From NCBI GenBank assembly GCA_016432285.1, contig CP066682.1, forward strand, positions 439,072-503,071: a stretch of 64,000 nt of DNA, written 5' to 3'. Of this stretch, positions 17,691-27,134 are shown in pieces (position 1 is the stretch's first letter; the number at the start of each line of letters is the position of its first letter). This DNA is from Candidatus Kaiserbacteria bacterium. Its GTDB lineage: Bacteria > Patescibacteriota > Minisyncoccia > Phycocordibacterales > UBA2100. Under the pieces are notes generated by a model. The model had not been told where the DNA came from. It was given only the letters and a program-made list of their open reading frames with translations, and searched no databases. The position numbers and the translations under genes are program-made.

Positions 17691-18497
17691 TCAGCGTGCC
17701 GCAGTTGGCACGCTGAAGCCCTCGATGTAACGGCCGCGGGTCTCCTTCACCAGTCGCTGCAGATTCTCGCGGCACGTTGCCGTGCCGTAATCAGGCAGGC
17801 AGTGTGCAACGACCCGTGGAAGCACGTTGACGCGGCCCCAATTCCAGTCGTCACCCGGCTCGTCAGTGACGAGGATTATGGCGTCGGGTTTTTCTTTCGC
17901 GGCTTCCTCGAGTGCACCGAATGTGTTCTCGTAGTTGCCGCGTGTCGAAAATTTGACGCCACCTGCCTCGTACTTGCGGACCTTGCCATTGGCATAGAGC
18001 CAGACACCGACGATCTTCTTCTCGAATTTCTTGATCGCGGCGAGGTAGAAGTTGGCAGTCTCTTCACGCTTGTTCGACATCGATCCCGTGTCGTCGATGA
18101 CAAGCGCAATGCGATCGCCCTTGATCTCGGAGACCGTCTTCTCGACCGTGGCCGGCGCGATTGCCGCAGGGATCTCGAGCGTCCACCCGGGCTGCAGCGT
18201 GTTGCCATAGGCCCGCATGTAGTTGTCGTTGCAGAAGTATTTGCCGCCTTTGAGGCGACCTTTGTTTTCGGTGCGGTTGCGAAACTCATCGCTGAGGTTG
18301 CCGCAGATCCGCTCGTACTTCTGCTTGAGATCTTCTTCGTTCGCCAGCAGCATGGCTTGCCAGCTCACGCCGACCTGTTTGGCGATCCAGATCAGGTTGT
18401 TGCCCGGCTTGACCGTATAGGTCTCGTTGGCCGAGGCGACAGATGCGAAGACGAAAAGCGTCGCGAGCGCGGCGAGGATACGTGAGATTGCGAACAT
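17691..18497 (-). CDS. secreted LysM + von Willebrand factor A (vWA) domain protein
   Basis: Signal peptide. LysM (YTVKPGNNLIWIAKQVGVSWQAMLLAN). vWA MIDAS-like DxTxS (VIDDTGSMS). Has an SD-like GGAGAA 8 nt upstream. Confidence 0.65.
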   Translation of the reverse strand: MFAISRILAALATLFVFASVASANETYTVKPGNNLIWIAKQVGVSWQAMLLANEEDLKQKYERICGNLSDEFRNRTENKGRLKGGKYFCNDNYMRAYGNTLQPGWTLEIPAAIAPATVEKTVSEIKGDRIALVIDDTGSMSNKREETANFYLAAIKKFEKKIVGVWLYANGKVRKYEAGGVKFSTRGNYENTFGALEEAAKEKPDAIILVTDEPGDDWNWGRVNVLPRVVAHCLPDYGTATCRENLQRLVKETRGRYIEGFSVPTAAR

Positions 18498-18596
18498 TTG
18501 GGTTCTCCGTTCGCTGGTTTCGTGGACCGGATTATCCGGTAGTTTCTAAGACTATTGTCCATCTGCAATTATAGCAGAATATACGTAAAAGTCAAG

Positions 18597-19100
18597 TTAC
18601 TGGCGCGGCTGCTGAAGCTTAGAGATGTCGTCCATGAGCTTGCGGAGATCTCCCTGAATGTCGGTGAGCGTTTTGCGCTGCTCTGCCTTTCGCGCTTCTT
18701 CTGCCGCTTCTTCGGTGGCCTCCTCTTCGGTCATTTCCTCCACGTCTTCGCTGATCTCCTCTACGTCTTCTTGCAGCTCTCCCACGTCTTCCTGAATCTC
18801 ACCCATATCTTCCTGGATCTCACCGATGTCTTCCTGCAGCTCCTCGATATCTTCGCCGACTTCTTGGAGACTCTGCGTCGTGTAGTTGATCGTCATTTGT
18901 ATGAAAATTGCGAGATAGATCGCTTCGAGCGAGACGATCGTGGTGAGGATCAAGAGCATGTCCTCGAACTCTGCGTAACCCGCTTCCACCGAGAGGAACG
19001 CGGCGATGAAAATGACCGTGTGCGCGGCGAGCGAGCCGGGGGAGCCGACCCAGCGCGTCACGCGGAGCGCCGTTTTCTGGATGTGATACGGATCCTTCAT
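18597..19100 (-). CDS. DUF1003-like membrane protein with C-terminal acidic heptad repeat
   Basis: N-terminal RVTRWVGSPGSLAAHTVIFIAAF plus a second helix, like DUF1003. C-terminus has six 7-aa repeats EDxxExQ. TATACT 7 nt upstream. Confidence 0.5.
   Translation of the reverse strand: MKDPYHIQKTALRVTRWVGSPGSLAAHTVIFIAAFLSVEAGYAEFEDMLLILTTIVSLEAIYLAIFIQMTINYTTQSLQEVGEDIEELQEDIGEIQEDMGEIQEDVGELQEDVEEISEDVEEMTEEEATEEAAEEARKAEQRKTLTDIQGDLRKLMDDISKLQQPRQ
18735..18860. repeat. 21-bp tandem repeat x ~6 encoding the acidic heptads
   Basis: cacgtcttcctgaatctcacc / catatcttcctggatctcacc / gatgtcttcctgcagctcctc, and further copies. Confidence 0.7.
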
Positions 19101-19137
19101 GCGGCGCAGTATACTCCGGCGTTGCTATAATCAAGCC

Positions 19138-19782
19138 ATGAAAACGACGCTTGTGGGGAATACGCACCTGCTTGCGGGAAGCGAAGCGGATCTGCCGCTG
19201 CTTCTCAAGTATCTTGCGGGTGAGGGGATCAAGCCCGGCGATCCAGATCTGTATGTGCGCACCTACGGGCATTTCGGGATTGATGAAGCGCGCGAGCTGC
19301 GCGAGCGCGCCAGCCTTCGGCCGATGGGGAAGCGGCGAGTCTTCGTGCTCGTGGCGCCGGATCTCAATCGCGAAGCGCAGAACGCGCTTCTCAAAACGCT
19401 TGAAGAGCCGCCCGCCGACGCTTTTTTCTTCTTCGTGCTCCGCTCTCCCGAGACCCTTTTGCCGACTTTCCGCTCGCGTGCGCAGACGTTCTCAATCGGC
19501 TCGCGGAAAAGAGACGGGTCCGTGGATGCCAAGACGTTCCTTGCCGCGACGACGCAAAAACGGCTCGATCTTCTCAAGCCGCTTTTAGAAAAGGGCGAGG
19601 AGGGAAGAGATATCGGCGCGATTCTCACGTTTCTTTCATCGCTCGAAGCAATCATAGAATCTCGGGCCGGAATCGAGGCGGTCTACCGCGCACGAAAGTA
19701 CATCACCGATAAGGGCGCGCTCGTGAAGCCCCTGCTGGAGCAAGTGGCGCTCCTGGTGCCCGCCTCAAAGTCCTCGCGCTAG
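19138..19782 (+). CDS. holB: DNA polymerase III delta-prime subunit-like (short form)
   Basis: NALLKTLEEPP clamp-loader box and SRxQ sensor (FRSRAQ). Only 214 aa, so the P-loop N-terminal part is missing. TATAAT 6 nt upstream. Confidence 0.65.
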   Translation: MKTTLVGNTHLLAGSEADLPLLLKYLAGEGIKPGDPDLYVRTYGHFGIDEARELRERASLRPMGKRRVFVLVAPDLNREAQNALLKTLEEPPADAFFFFVLRSPETLLPTFRSRAQTFSIGSRKRDGSVDAKTFLAATTQKRLDLLKPLLEKGEEGRDIGAILTFLSSLEAIIESRAGIEAVYRARKYITDKGALVKPLLEQVALLVPASKSSR

Positions 19783-19799
19783 GATATAATGAAGCCCCT

Positions 19800-20354
19800 A
19801 TGGCGAATTACGATTTCAAAACATTCGATACAAAGGTCGCAGCGGCCAAGGAATGGTTGCAAAAGGAATACCGGGGGCTGCGGACCGGCCGCGCCGCACC
19901 CGCCATTCTCGATAGCATCTCCGTCTCGGCATACGGATCGATGATGCCCCTCAAGCAGGTGGCCTCAATCGGCATCGAAGATGCACGCAGCCTCAGAGTA
20001 ACGCCCTTCGACGCATCGCTTTCGAAAGACATCGAGCGCGCCATTGCGAATGCAAGCCTCGGCGTGGGCACCGCCGCGGATTCTTCGGGCGTGCGTGTGA
20101 CCTTTCCCGAACTCACCGCGGAGCGCCGTGAGCAGCTCATAAAGGTGGCGAAGGGCAAGCTCGAGGAGGCGCGTACGACCGTGCGCCAGGTGCGCGAGGA
20201 GACATGGAAAGACATCCAAGCCAAAGAAAAGGAAGGCACGCTCACCGAAGACGACCGATTCCGCCTTAAGGACGAACTCCAGAAGCGCGTCGACAAGACC
20301 AACGAGGATTTGGAGAAAACATTTGAAGGCAAGGAAGCCGAGATGAGCGCATGA
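19800..20354 (+). CDS. frr: ribosome recycling factor
   Basis: Full-length RRF: ...LRTGRA..P.ILD.I.V..YGS..PL.Q.A.I... Confidence 0.9.
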   Translation: MANYDFKTFDTKVAAAKEWLQKEYRGLRTGRAAPAILDSISVSAYGSMMPLKQVASIGIEDARSLRVTPFDASLSKDIERAIANASLGVGTAADSSGVRVTFPELTAERREQLIKVAKGKLEEARTTVRQVREETWKDIQAKEKEGTLTEDDRFRLKDELQKRVDKTNEDLEKTFEGKEAEMSA

Positions 20355-21442
20355 TCACGGCGCTCATTGTAGTCGGGATCCTCGTAGTCCTTATTGTGGC
20401 GCACGAGCTCGGACACTTCGTCGCCGCCAAGCTGTTTGGCGTGCGGGTGGAGGAATTCGGCGTGGGGTATCCGCCGCGCGCGTTTTCTTTCGGCAGATGG
20501 GGAGGCACCGAATACACGCTCAACTGGATTCCTTTCGGCGGATTCGTGCGCCTCTATGGCGACGAAGGAGAAGAGCAGCACGGGAAGGGAAGCCTCATTG
20601 ATGCCAACCGCGGCGTGCAGGCGGTCATTCTCGTGGCCGGGGTAACCATGAACGCGCTTATGGGGTGGGCGCTTTTTACGGGTGCTCTGCATGCGGGCAT
20701 TCCGCGCGTCGTAAACGACCCGGCTCCTGGTGAGCCCGTTCGGCTCGTGGTGGCCGACGTGGTGCCCGGCTCACCGGCAGATGCGGCGGGCGTGCGACCC
20801 GGGGACCAACTGCTCGCGCTCGAAGATGAAAACGGCGCTTCACCCGAGGAGCTCGCTCCCGCACCGATCTCGGAGTTTATCGCGGAGCACGCGGGAGAGC
20901 CGGTATCGCTCACATACGTACATGCGGGAGCCACGAGCACCGCGACGCTCGTCCCGGCGCACGCGGTCATTCCCGATTCCGCCGGACGAGCCGCACTCGG
21001 CGTCGCGCTCGTCTTGGTGAGCAGCGAGCCGCTTTCGTGGCCCGAGTCGGCAGTCGCTGCCTTCAGCAGCACGAAGAACGCATTCGTTTCAATCGGCAGC
21101 GGGCTCGGGACGATGGCACGGCAAGCGCTCCAGGGATCGCCCAATCTTTCAGACATCGTGGGCCCCATCGGCCTTGTGCAGGTGGTGGACGATGCGGCCG
21201 ACAACGGAATCGGCAACATCCTCGCGCTCGCCGGATTCATCTCGATCAACCTCGCGATCATCAACCTCATTCCGATTCCCGCGCTCGACGGCGGCCGACT
21301 TGTCTTGCTTGGCTTTGAAGCGCTCGCACGTCGCTCCGCACCACGCCTCGCGGTGCAGATGCTAAACGCGCTCGGCGTCGCACTGATCGTCCTTCTCATG
21401 ATCACCGTGACCTACAACGACGTCGCGCGCCTGCTCGCCTGA
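20351..21442 (+). CDS. rseP: RIP metalloprotease RseP / site-2 protease
   Basis: HELGHF zinc motif in TM1. PDZ domain. LDGG motif (IPALDGGRLV). Start overlaps the frr stop. Confidence 0.8.
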   Translation: MITALIVVGILVVLIVAHELGHFVAAKLFGVRVEEFGVGYPPRAFSFGRWGGTEYTLNWIPFGGFVRLYGDEGEEQHGKGSLIDANRGVQAVILVAGVTMNALMGWALFTGALHAGIPRVVNDPAPGEPVRLVVADVVPGSPADAAGVRPGDQLLALEDENGASPEELAPAPISEFIAEHAGEPVSLTYVHAGATSTATLVPAHAVIPDSAGRAALGVALVLVSSEPLSWPESAVAAFSSTKNAFVSIGSGLGTMARQALQGSPNLSDIVGPIGLVQVVDDAADNGIGNILALAGFISINLAIINLIPIPALDGGRLVLLGFEALARRSAPRLAVQMLNALGVALIVLLMITVTYNDVARLLA

Positions 21443-21450
21443 AAAAAGGA

Positions 21451-21484
21451 AGCGCTTCGCCGACGGTCGGCGAAGCGCGTTTTG
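21451..21484 (+). terminator. rho-independent terminator GCGCTTCGCCGAC-ggt-CGGCGAAGCGCG + TTTT
   Basis: 12-bp stem and T-run immediately after the rseP stop. Confidence 0.75.
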
Positions 21485-21815
21485 ATTGCGGGATTTTCCC
21501 GCGGCCGATTATTTCGGCGATTGTCCTCCCTGAGACTTGGGCTGCTGTTGGGAAGCGTGTTGCGGCATGTTCGATATCAGTGTGAACGTTTGAGACGGTT
21601 GGGGCCGCTGCCGTTCCATTTCACGATATGCTGCCGGAACGCGTCTTCCTGAAGAAGGCGAGTCCATGTCGATCGGTTCCTAGTTGTGCGTGCCAATGCC
21701 AAACGAGAGAAGGACGCCTTGAGGCGCGATCCTACGCACGAGAGGGCACAGGTCGGCAAAACCTACCAAAAAGTGCCCATCGGCGCAAGCGGCTCCTTAA
21801 AAAAGCGCGATTTTG

Positions 21816-21848
21816 CAAGTACCGCGCCTGCCGGTACAATGCTCGCAC
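21816..21848 (+). promoter_or_regulatory. sigma-70-like promoter TTGCAA-N16-TACAAT placed 9 nt before the proS ATG (leaderless transcript predicted)
   Basis: -35/-10 hexamers with 16-nt spacing. No SD between the -10 box and the ATG. Confidence 0.5.
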
Positions 21849-21849
21849 C

Positions 21850-23130
21850 ATGCGCCAATCGCAGCTCTTCACCAAGACACGCCGCGAGGCACCGAAAGAC
21901 GAAGTGGCGAAAAATGCCCAGCTCCTGATTCGCGGAGGGTTCATCAGTAAAGAGATGGCAGGAGTATACAATTTTCTACCACTCGGTCTTCGAGTGTTCG
22001 AAAAGATCGTGAACGTCATACGAGAGGAGATGAATGCTATCGGTGGTCAAGAGATTTTAATGAGCAGTTTGCAAAGGCGCGAGCTCTGGGAAAAGACCAA
22101 TCGCTGGAACGACGAGGTTGTTGATAATTGGTTTAAGACAGAACTGAAAGATGGCAGCATCGTAGGATTGGGCTTCACTCACGAAGAACCGATTACGAAT
22201 ATGATGGAGCAATTCATTCCGTCATATCAAAACCTCCCCACTTACGTTTACCAGTTTCAAACTAAATTCCGAAATGAGGAGCGGGCAAAAAACGGCCTTC
22301 TGAGAACACGGGAATTCGTGATGAAGGATCTCTATTCTTTTTCTAAAAATGAAACGGAACACGTTGATTTTTACGAAAAGGCCAAAGATGCATACAAGCG
22401 CATTTTTAATCGTCTTGGAATCGGGAATAACACGTATCTTACGTTCGCTTCCGGTGGGTCATTTAGTAAATTCAGTCACGAATTCCAAACGATTTGTGAT
22501 GCAGGAGAAGACGTTATTTATATTCACAAAGATGATTACGGTAAGGGCTTAGAAATGCACCCACACCATGCCGCAATCAATAAGGAAATCTATACGGAAG
22601 ATCTGAAAAAGGATCTTGGACTCGAAGGAAGTTTTATTGAAAAGAAGGTAGTCGAGGTTGGGAATATCTTTACGCTAGGAACTCGCTTCCCAGAAGCGCT
22701 CCTCTGCCGATTTAAGGACGAGCAAGGTAAAGAGAATTACCCGTTCATGGGCTCCTACGGCATCGGCCCGGCGCGGCTGATGGGGACGATCGCCGAAGTG
22801 CTCTCGGACGACCGCGGGCTCGTGTGGCCCGCGGAGATCGCGCCCTTTGCGGTGCATCTCATCGCGATCACGGGCGGCAACGCCGACGTGGCGGCCGAAG
22901 CCGAGCGCTACTTCGAGATGCTGAAGGAGAATCACATCGAAGTGCTCTTCGACGACCGCGACGTGCGGGCGGGCGAGAAATTTGCCGATTCGGATCTTTT
23001 GGGAATCCCGACGAGGCTCGTCGTTTCGGAAAAGACGATGGCCGAGGGCGGTGTGGAAATGGTGAACCGCAAGGACAAGGCGGCGACGATCGTGGCCGAG
23101 AGCGACGTAATCGGACGCCTTTTGAAATAA
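21850..23130 (+). CDS. proS: proline--tRNA ligase (short, archaeal/eukaryote-like class II form)
   Basis: Class II motifs (FRNEER..GLLRTREF; GSYGIG). Anticodon-binding C-terminal domain. ORF extends upstream to 21628, but MRQSQLFTKT at 21850 matches homolog N-termini and the promoter position. Confidence 0.85.
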   Translation: MRQSQLFTKTRREAPKDEVAKNAQLLIRGGFISKEMAGVYNFLPLGLRVFEKIVNVIREEMNAIGGQEILMSSLQRRELWEKTNRWNDEVVDNWFKTELKDGSIVGLGFTHEEPITNMMEQFIPSYQNLPTYVYQFQTKFRNEERAKNGLLRTREFVMKDLYSFSKNETEHVDFYEKAKDAYKRIFNRLGIGNNTYLTFASGGSFSKFSHEFQTICDAGEDVIYIHKDDYGKGLEMHPHHAAINKEIYTEDLKKDLGLEGSFIEKKVVEVGNIFTLGTRFPEALLCRFKDEQGKENYPFMGSYGIGPARLMGTIAEVLSDDRGLVWPAEIAPFAVHLIAITGGNADVAAEAERYFEMLKENHIEVLFDDRDVRAGEKFADSDLLGIPTRLVVSEKTMAEGGVEMVNRKDKAATIVAESDVIGRLLK

Positions 23131-23132
23131 GT

Positions 23133-24203
23133 ATGCGGCGCTTTCGGGAATGGAAAGAAAGAATCCTGGGGTGGTTCTCCAACGACATCGGTATCGATCT
23201 CGGCACCGCCAACACGCTCGTGTACGTCAAAGGTCGCGGCATTGTCATCAATGAGCCGTCGATCGTGGCGATGAATCAAAAGACTGGGCAGGTAGTGGCG
23301 GTGGGGCAGCAAGCCAAGGACATGCTTGGCCGCACGCCGGCGCACATCGTGGCCGTGCAGCCGGTGATCGACGGCGTAATTTCGGACTTTGAAGTTACCT
23401 CCGAGATGCTCTCGTATCTCATCAACAAGGCGCAGGAAGGACACACCAAACTCCTGGGGCCGCGCGTAGCGATCGGCGTGCCTTCGGGCATCACTTCTGT
23501 GGAAGTGCGGGCGGTGCGTGACGCCGCGCGCGCCGCAGGCGCGCGCGAGGTGCACATCATCGAAGAGCCGCTCGCAGCGGCGATCGGCATCGAGCTCCCG
23601 GTGCACGAGCCGCGCGGACACATGATAATCGACATCGGCGGCGGCACCACCGACGTGGGCGTGGTCTCGCTCGGCGGCCTCGTCAACTCGCGCAACATCC
23701 GCATCGCGGGCGATCGGTTCAACGCCGACATCGTCGCTCACACGCGCAACGAATTTAAAATCCTCATCGGCGAAAAAACCTCGGAAGAGATCAAAATGCA
23801 GCTCGCCAACGTGGCTCCCGGCCGCGACCGACTCGAGACCTTGGCGCGTGGCCGCGATTTGGTGACTGGTCTCCCACGCGAGATCGTCGTATCGGATCAG
23901 GACGTCCGCAACGCGATCGGACACTCGGTGGAGGAGCTCGTGGAATCAATCAAGGAAGTGCTCGAAACCACGCCGCCCGAGCTTTTGGCCGACATCATGC
24001 AGCGCGGCATCTATCTCGCGGGCGGCGGGGCGCTGATCCGCGGTCTTCCGGAATTTCTGACCGCGGCGCTCGGCGTGCCGGTCGTGGTGGCGCCGGATCC
24101 GCTCACAGCCGTCGTACGCGGCACGAGCGTTATCCTCGAGGATCTCAATCTGTATCGCGAAGCGCTCCTGAAAAATGATGACGAATTTGTGCCGACAGAG
24201 TAA
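23133..24203 (+). CDS. mreB: rod shape-determining protein MreB (paralog 2)
   Basis: GIDLGTANT, DIGGGTTD, IYLAGGGALI. Start at MRRFREW immediately after the proS stop. Confidence 0.8.
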   Translation: MRRFREWKERILGWFSNDIGIDLGTANTLVYVKGRGIVINEPSIVAMNQKTGQVVAVGQQAKDMLGRTPAHIVAVQPVIDGVISDFEVTSEMLSYLINKAQEGHTKLLGPRVAIGVPSGITSVEVRAVRDAARAAGAREVHIIEEPLAAAIGIELPVHEPRGHMIIDIGGGTTDVGVVSLGGLVNSRNIRIAGDRFNADIVAHTRNEFKILIGEKTSEEIKMQLANVAPGRDRLETLARGRDLVTGLPREIVVSDQDVRNAIGHSVEELVESIKEVLETTPPELLADIMQRGIYLAGGGALIRGLPEFLTAALGVPVVVAPDPLTAVVRGTSVILEDLNLYREALLKNDDEFVPTE

Positions 24204-24239
24204 TTTCTCGCGCGTCGGTACTTTTTACGGCGCACTCGT

Positions 24240-25049
24240 ATGAAGAAGTCCAACTTTTCTTTCTCGCACGCGAGTAAAACGCGGGGCACTCGCAAGCGCC
24301 TCTTTGCCGCCACAGTGCTTGTGCTCCTCATTCTCTTCGCGGACCTTCTTTCCGGCGGCGCCATCCGGGCGATGGTGCGCGGCGCGTACGTGCGCGTGTG
24401 GAGCGCCGGCTCTGGCGTTGTGAGCGGGATCTTTGAGAGCGGCTTCTTTTCGACAAGGCGGGCCCTGGAGCGTGAGAACGGGAGTCTCCGCGAACGGCTC
24501 TCGGAGCTTGAGACGAAGAGCGCCAGCTTTTCGGTGCTCCGGCAGGAAAACGATTCGCTCCGCTCACTCCTCAAGGTAGCCGAGCGCGCGCCCGGGATTA
24601 CCGCTTCGATCGTTTCGTCGGTGCGCAGCTCTCCGTACGGCACCTTCCTCATCGGTGCGGGATCCGAAGATGGTGTGGCTCCTGGAAGCTTGGTGCTCGC
24701 CGCGGATTCCGCGGGCGACGGATTCGTGCTTGGTGTTGTGCAAGAGGCAGACGCGCGCACTGCGCTCGTGAAGGAGCTCTTTGGGCCCGGTATCAGCACC
24801 GAGGCGAGCGTGCGCGGCGCGAGCGTGGTGGTGGAAGGGCAAGGAGGCGGCAACGCGAGGGCTGAGGCGCCTCGCAATCTCCCGGTCGTCGCAGGAGACC
24901 CGGTCACGGCGCCTTCGCTCGGCGGCTATCCAATCGGGGTTGTCGGAGCCGTCAAGACGGAAGCTTCGAGCGCAGAGAGCGATGTGTACATCGGCCTTCC
25001 CGTATCGCTCGCGGGGCTCTCGTTCGTGTATGTCGTTGCTCAATACTAA
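24240..25049 (+). CDS. mreC: rod shape-determining protein MreC
   Basis: N-terminal TM. Coiled-coil LRERLSELE...LRQENDSLRSLL. C-terminal beta domain. Position after mreB. Confidence 0.75.
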   Translation: MKKSNFSFSHASKTRGTRKRLFAATVLVLLILFADLLSGGAIRAMVRGAYVRVWSAGSGVVSGIFESGFFSTRRALERENGSLRERLSELETKSASFSVLRQENDSLRSLLKVAERAPGITASIVSSVRSSPYGTFLIGAGSEDGVAPGSLVLAADSAGDGFVLGVVQEADARTALVKELFGPGISTEASVRGASVVVEGQGGGNARAEAPRNLPVVAGDPVTAPSLGGYPIGVVGAVKTEASSAESDVYIGLPVSLAGLSFVYVVAQY

Positions 25050-25302
25050 AACACGCGTCGTACTCGCGACGCTCGCAGTCCTGAGCGCGGTCTTTCTTTC
25101 GCCGTGGCTCACGCTGATTCTCATGGGGCTCTTGGCCTTTGGATTCCGCGCATGGGAAGTACTGCTCATCGGGCTTTCGGTGGACCTCTTGTGGCTGCCC
25201 GCCGGCGATCTCTTAGATCCGCTTCCGATCGGCACTCTGATCGCGCTCGCGCTCGTGTGGGGCCTCGAGCCGCTTCGTTCTCAATACTTGATGTCGCAGT
25301 GA
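25030..25302 (+). CDS. mreD: MreD-like small membrane protein
   Basis: 90 aa, three hydrophobic helices. Overlaps the mreC end. Precedes PBP2. Confidence 0.5.
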   Translation: MSLLNTKTRVVLATLAVLSAVFLSPWLTLILMGLLAFGFRAWEVLLIGLSVDLLWLPAGDLLDPLPIGTLIALALVWGLEPLRSQYLMSQ

Positions 25303-25306
25303 TATA

Positions 25307-27010
25307 GTGGCTGGCATGTGGGGAAAGCGGAGAAGCGTGCGAGAAATTCAGCCGGACGAAATTTTTCTCGATTCCACCAATCTTCCCGGTCGCAACGATC
25401 CGCAGTTTGAGGGCAGGGTCGTGCGTCCCGTATCGAGCCGCGCGATGTTTGGCGTGGGTGCGGTCTTCGCGATTGCTATCCTCTTTTTTGCGGCGCGAGC
25501 CTTTGAGCTCTCGGTGGTGCACGGCGAAGATTACGCCGAGGTCTCGCAAGAAAATCGGCTCGATCGATCGATCGTCTTTTCCACGCGCGGCGTGATCTAC
25601 GACCGCACCGGCAAAGAGCTCGCCTGGAACGAATCCGCCGCGCTCTCAGAGGCCTCGACGACCCCATACGCGTTGCGGCGCTACGCCGATCTTCCGGGTC
25701 TCTCGCACGTGCTTGGATTCGTACGCTATCCGAAGGCCGACGCGAGCGGCAACTGGTGGCGCACCGAGTACAGCGGCGTGGCAGGCTCCGAGCAGGCGTT
25801 TAACGATGCTCTTGCTGGGCTAAACGGCAGCAGAATGGTGGAGATCGACGCGCTCGGCAACGTGGAGATGCAAAACATCATCGAGCCGCCCGTGCCTGGT
25901 CGCGACATCACGCTTTCGATCGATGCGGAGATACAAAGCAAACTTTTTTCGGCACTCTCGACTCAGGCGCGGGCCCAAGGGTTCGAGGGAGGTGCGGCGG
26001 TGATTATGGACGTGCGCACGGGCGAGCTTTTGGCGCTCACGAGCTTTCCGGAATACGACAACGCCGGCTTTACCGAGGGCGACGCCGCAGCGATCGATGC
26101 GGCGCACGGGAGCGACAACTCGCCGCTCTTGGACCGAGCCACGAGCGGTCTCTACGCGCCGGGATCGATCGTGAAGCCGATCTTTGCCGCCGCCGCGCTA
26201 AACGAAGGCATCATCAGCCCCGAAAAGAAGATACAGTCGACCGGCGCGATTACGATTCCAAATCCGTATAATCCCGACAATCCCTCGATCTTCCGCGACT
26301 GGACCGTGCACGGATGGATCGACATGCGCGAGGCGATCGCCGTATCGTCCGACGAATACTTCTACACCATCGGCGGCGGCTTCGGCTCGCAGGTGGGGCT
26401 CGGGATCGCGCGCCTCGACGAGTATGCTCGCGACTTCGGTCTCGGCACCTCCACCGGCTTTACGATCTTCGGCGAAGAAGTCGGCGTCATACCGACGCCG
26501 GAGTGGAAGGAGAAGGTCTTCGGCGAGGACGATCCGTGGCGCATCGGCAACACGTATCACACGGCCATCGGGCAGTTCGGCTTTCAGATCACGCCCCTCC
26601 AAGCCGTGCGCTTCGTGGCTGCTATCGGCAACGGCGGCAAGCTCCTCACGCCGCAGATACTCGCTGGCGCAAAACCGGAGTACACGAGCGTCGGGGTCCC
26701 TGACGAATACCTCCAGATCGTGCGCGAAGGCATGCGCCTCGCCGTCACCTCTACCCGATCCGACGCGACCGTCAAATCACTGAGCATTCCGGGGATACAA
26801 ATCGCTGCCAAAACGGGAACGGCGCAGATCGGCACGCAGAATCAGTACATGAATTCCTGGTCGATCGGATTCTGGCCCGCTGATAATCCGCACTACGCGT
26901 ATGCAGTGGTGCTCGAAAAAGCACGCGCGGGCACGCTCTCCGGCGCCGCGCCCGGCTTCCGGCCGTTTGTGGAGTGGCTGATTGCCAATCGTCCGGAATA
27001 CATCGAATGA
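25307..27010 (+). CDS. mrdA: penicillin-binding protein 2 (elongasome transpeptidase)
   Basis: N-terminal TM. Dimerisation domain. Transpeptidase motifs SxxK (GSIVK), SxN (SSD), KTG (KTGTAQ). TATAGT 7 nt upstream. Confidence 0.8.
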   Translation: MAGMWGKRRSVREIQPDEIFLDSTNLPGRNDPQFEGRVVRPVSSRAMFGVGAVFAIAILFFAARAFELSVVHGEDYAEVSQENRLDRSIVFSTRGVIYDRTGKELAWNESAALSEASTTPYALRRYADLPGLSHVLGFVRYPKADASGNWWRTEYSGVAGSEQAFNDALAGLNGSRMVEIDALGNVEMQNIIEPPVPGRDITLSIDAEIQSKLFSALSTQARAQGFEGGAAVIMDVRTGELLALTSFPEYDNAGFTEGDAAAIDAAHGSDNSPLLDRATSGLYAPGSIVKPIFAAAALNEGIISPEKKIQSTGAITIPNPYNPDNPSIFRDWTVHGWIDMREAIAVSSDEYFYTIGGGFGSQVGLGIARLDEYARDFGLGTSTGFTIFGEEVGVIPTPEWKEKVFGEDDPWRIGNTYHTAIGQFGFQITPLQAVRFVAAIGNGGKLLTPQILAGAKPEYTSVGVPDEYLQIVREGMRLAVTSTRSDATVKSLSIPGIQIAAKTGTAQIGTQNQYMNSWSIGFWPADNPHYAYAVVLEKARAGTLSGAAPGFRPFVEWLIANRPEYIE

Positions 27011-27134
27011 GAGGCGTTGTTGCCAAAAAATTATCCTGTATAATCCACAAGCTCGTACAATCTGTGTGGGATCGAAAGCGAGGATCTGTCCTCGCTTTGC
27101 TCGATTCGCTCGGATATAATGCGGCGCGACCACT

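Noticed and set aside
21490-21850. T-box riboswitch upstream of proS (the GTACCGCG octamer resembles part of the T-box)
   Set aside because: No specifier loop, AGGGTGG box or terminator/antiterminator pair was found. The octamer lies within a sigma-70-like promoter spacer only 20 nt from the ATG.
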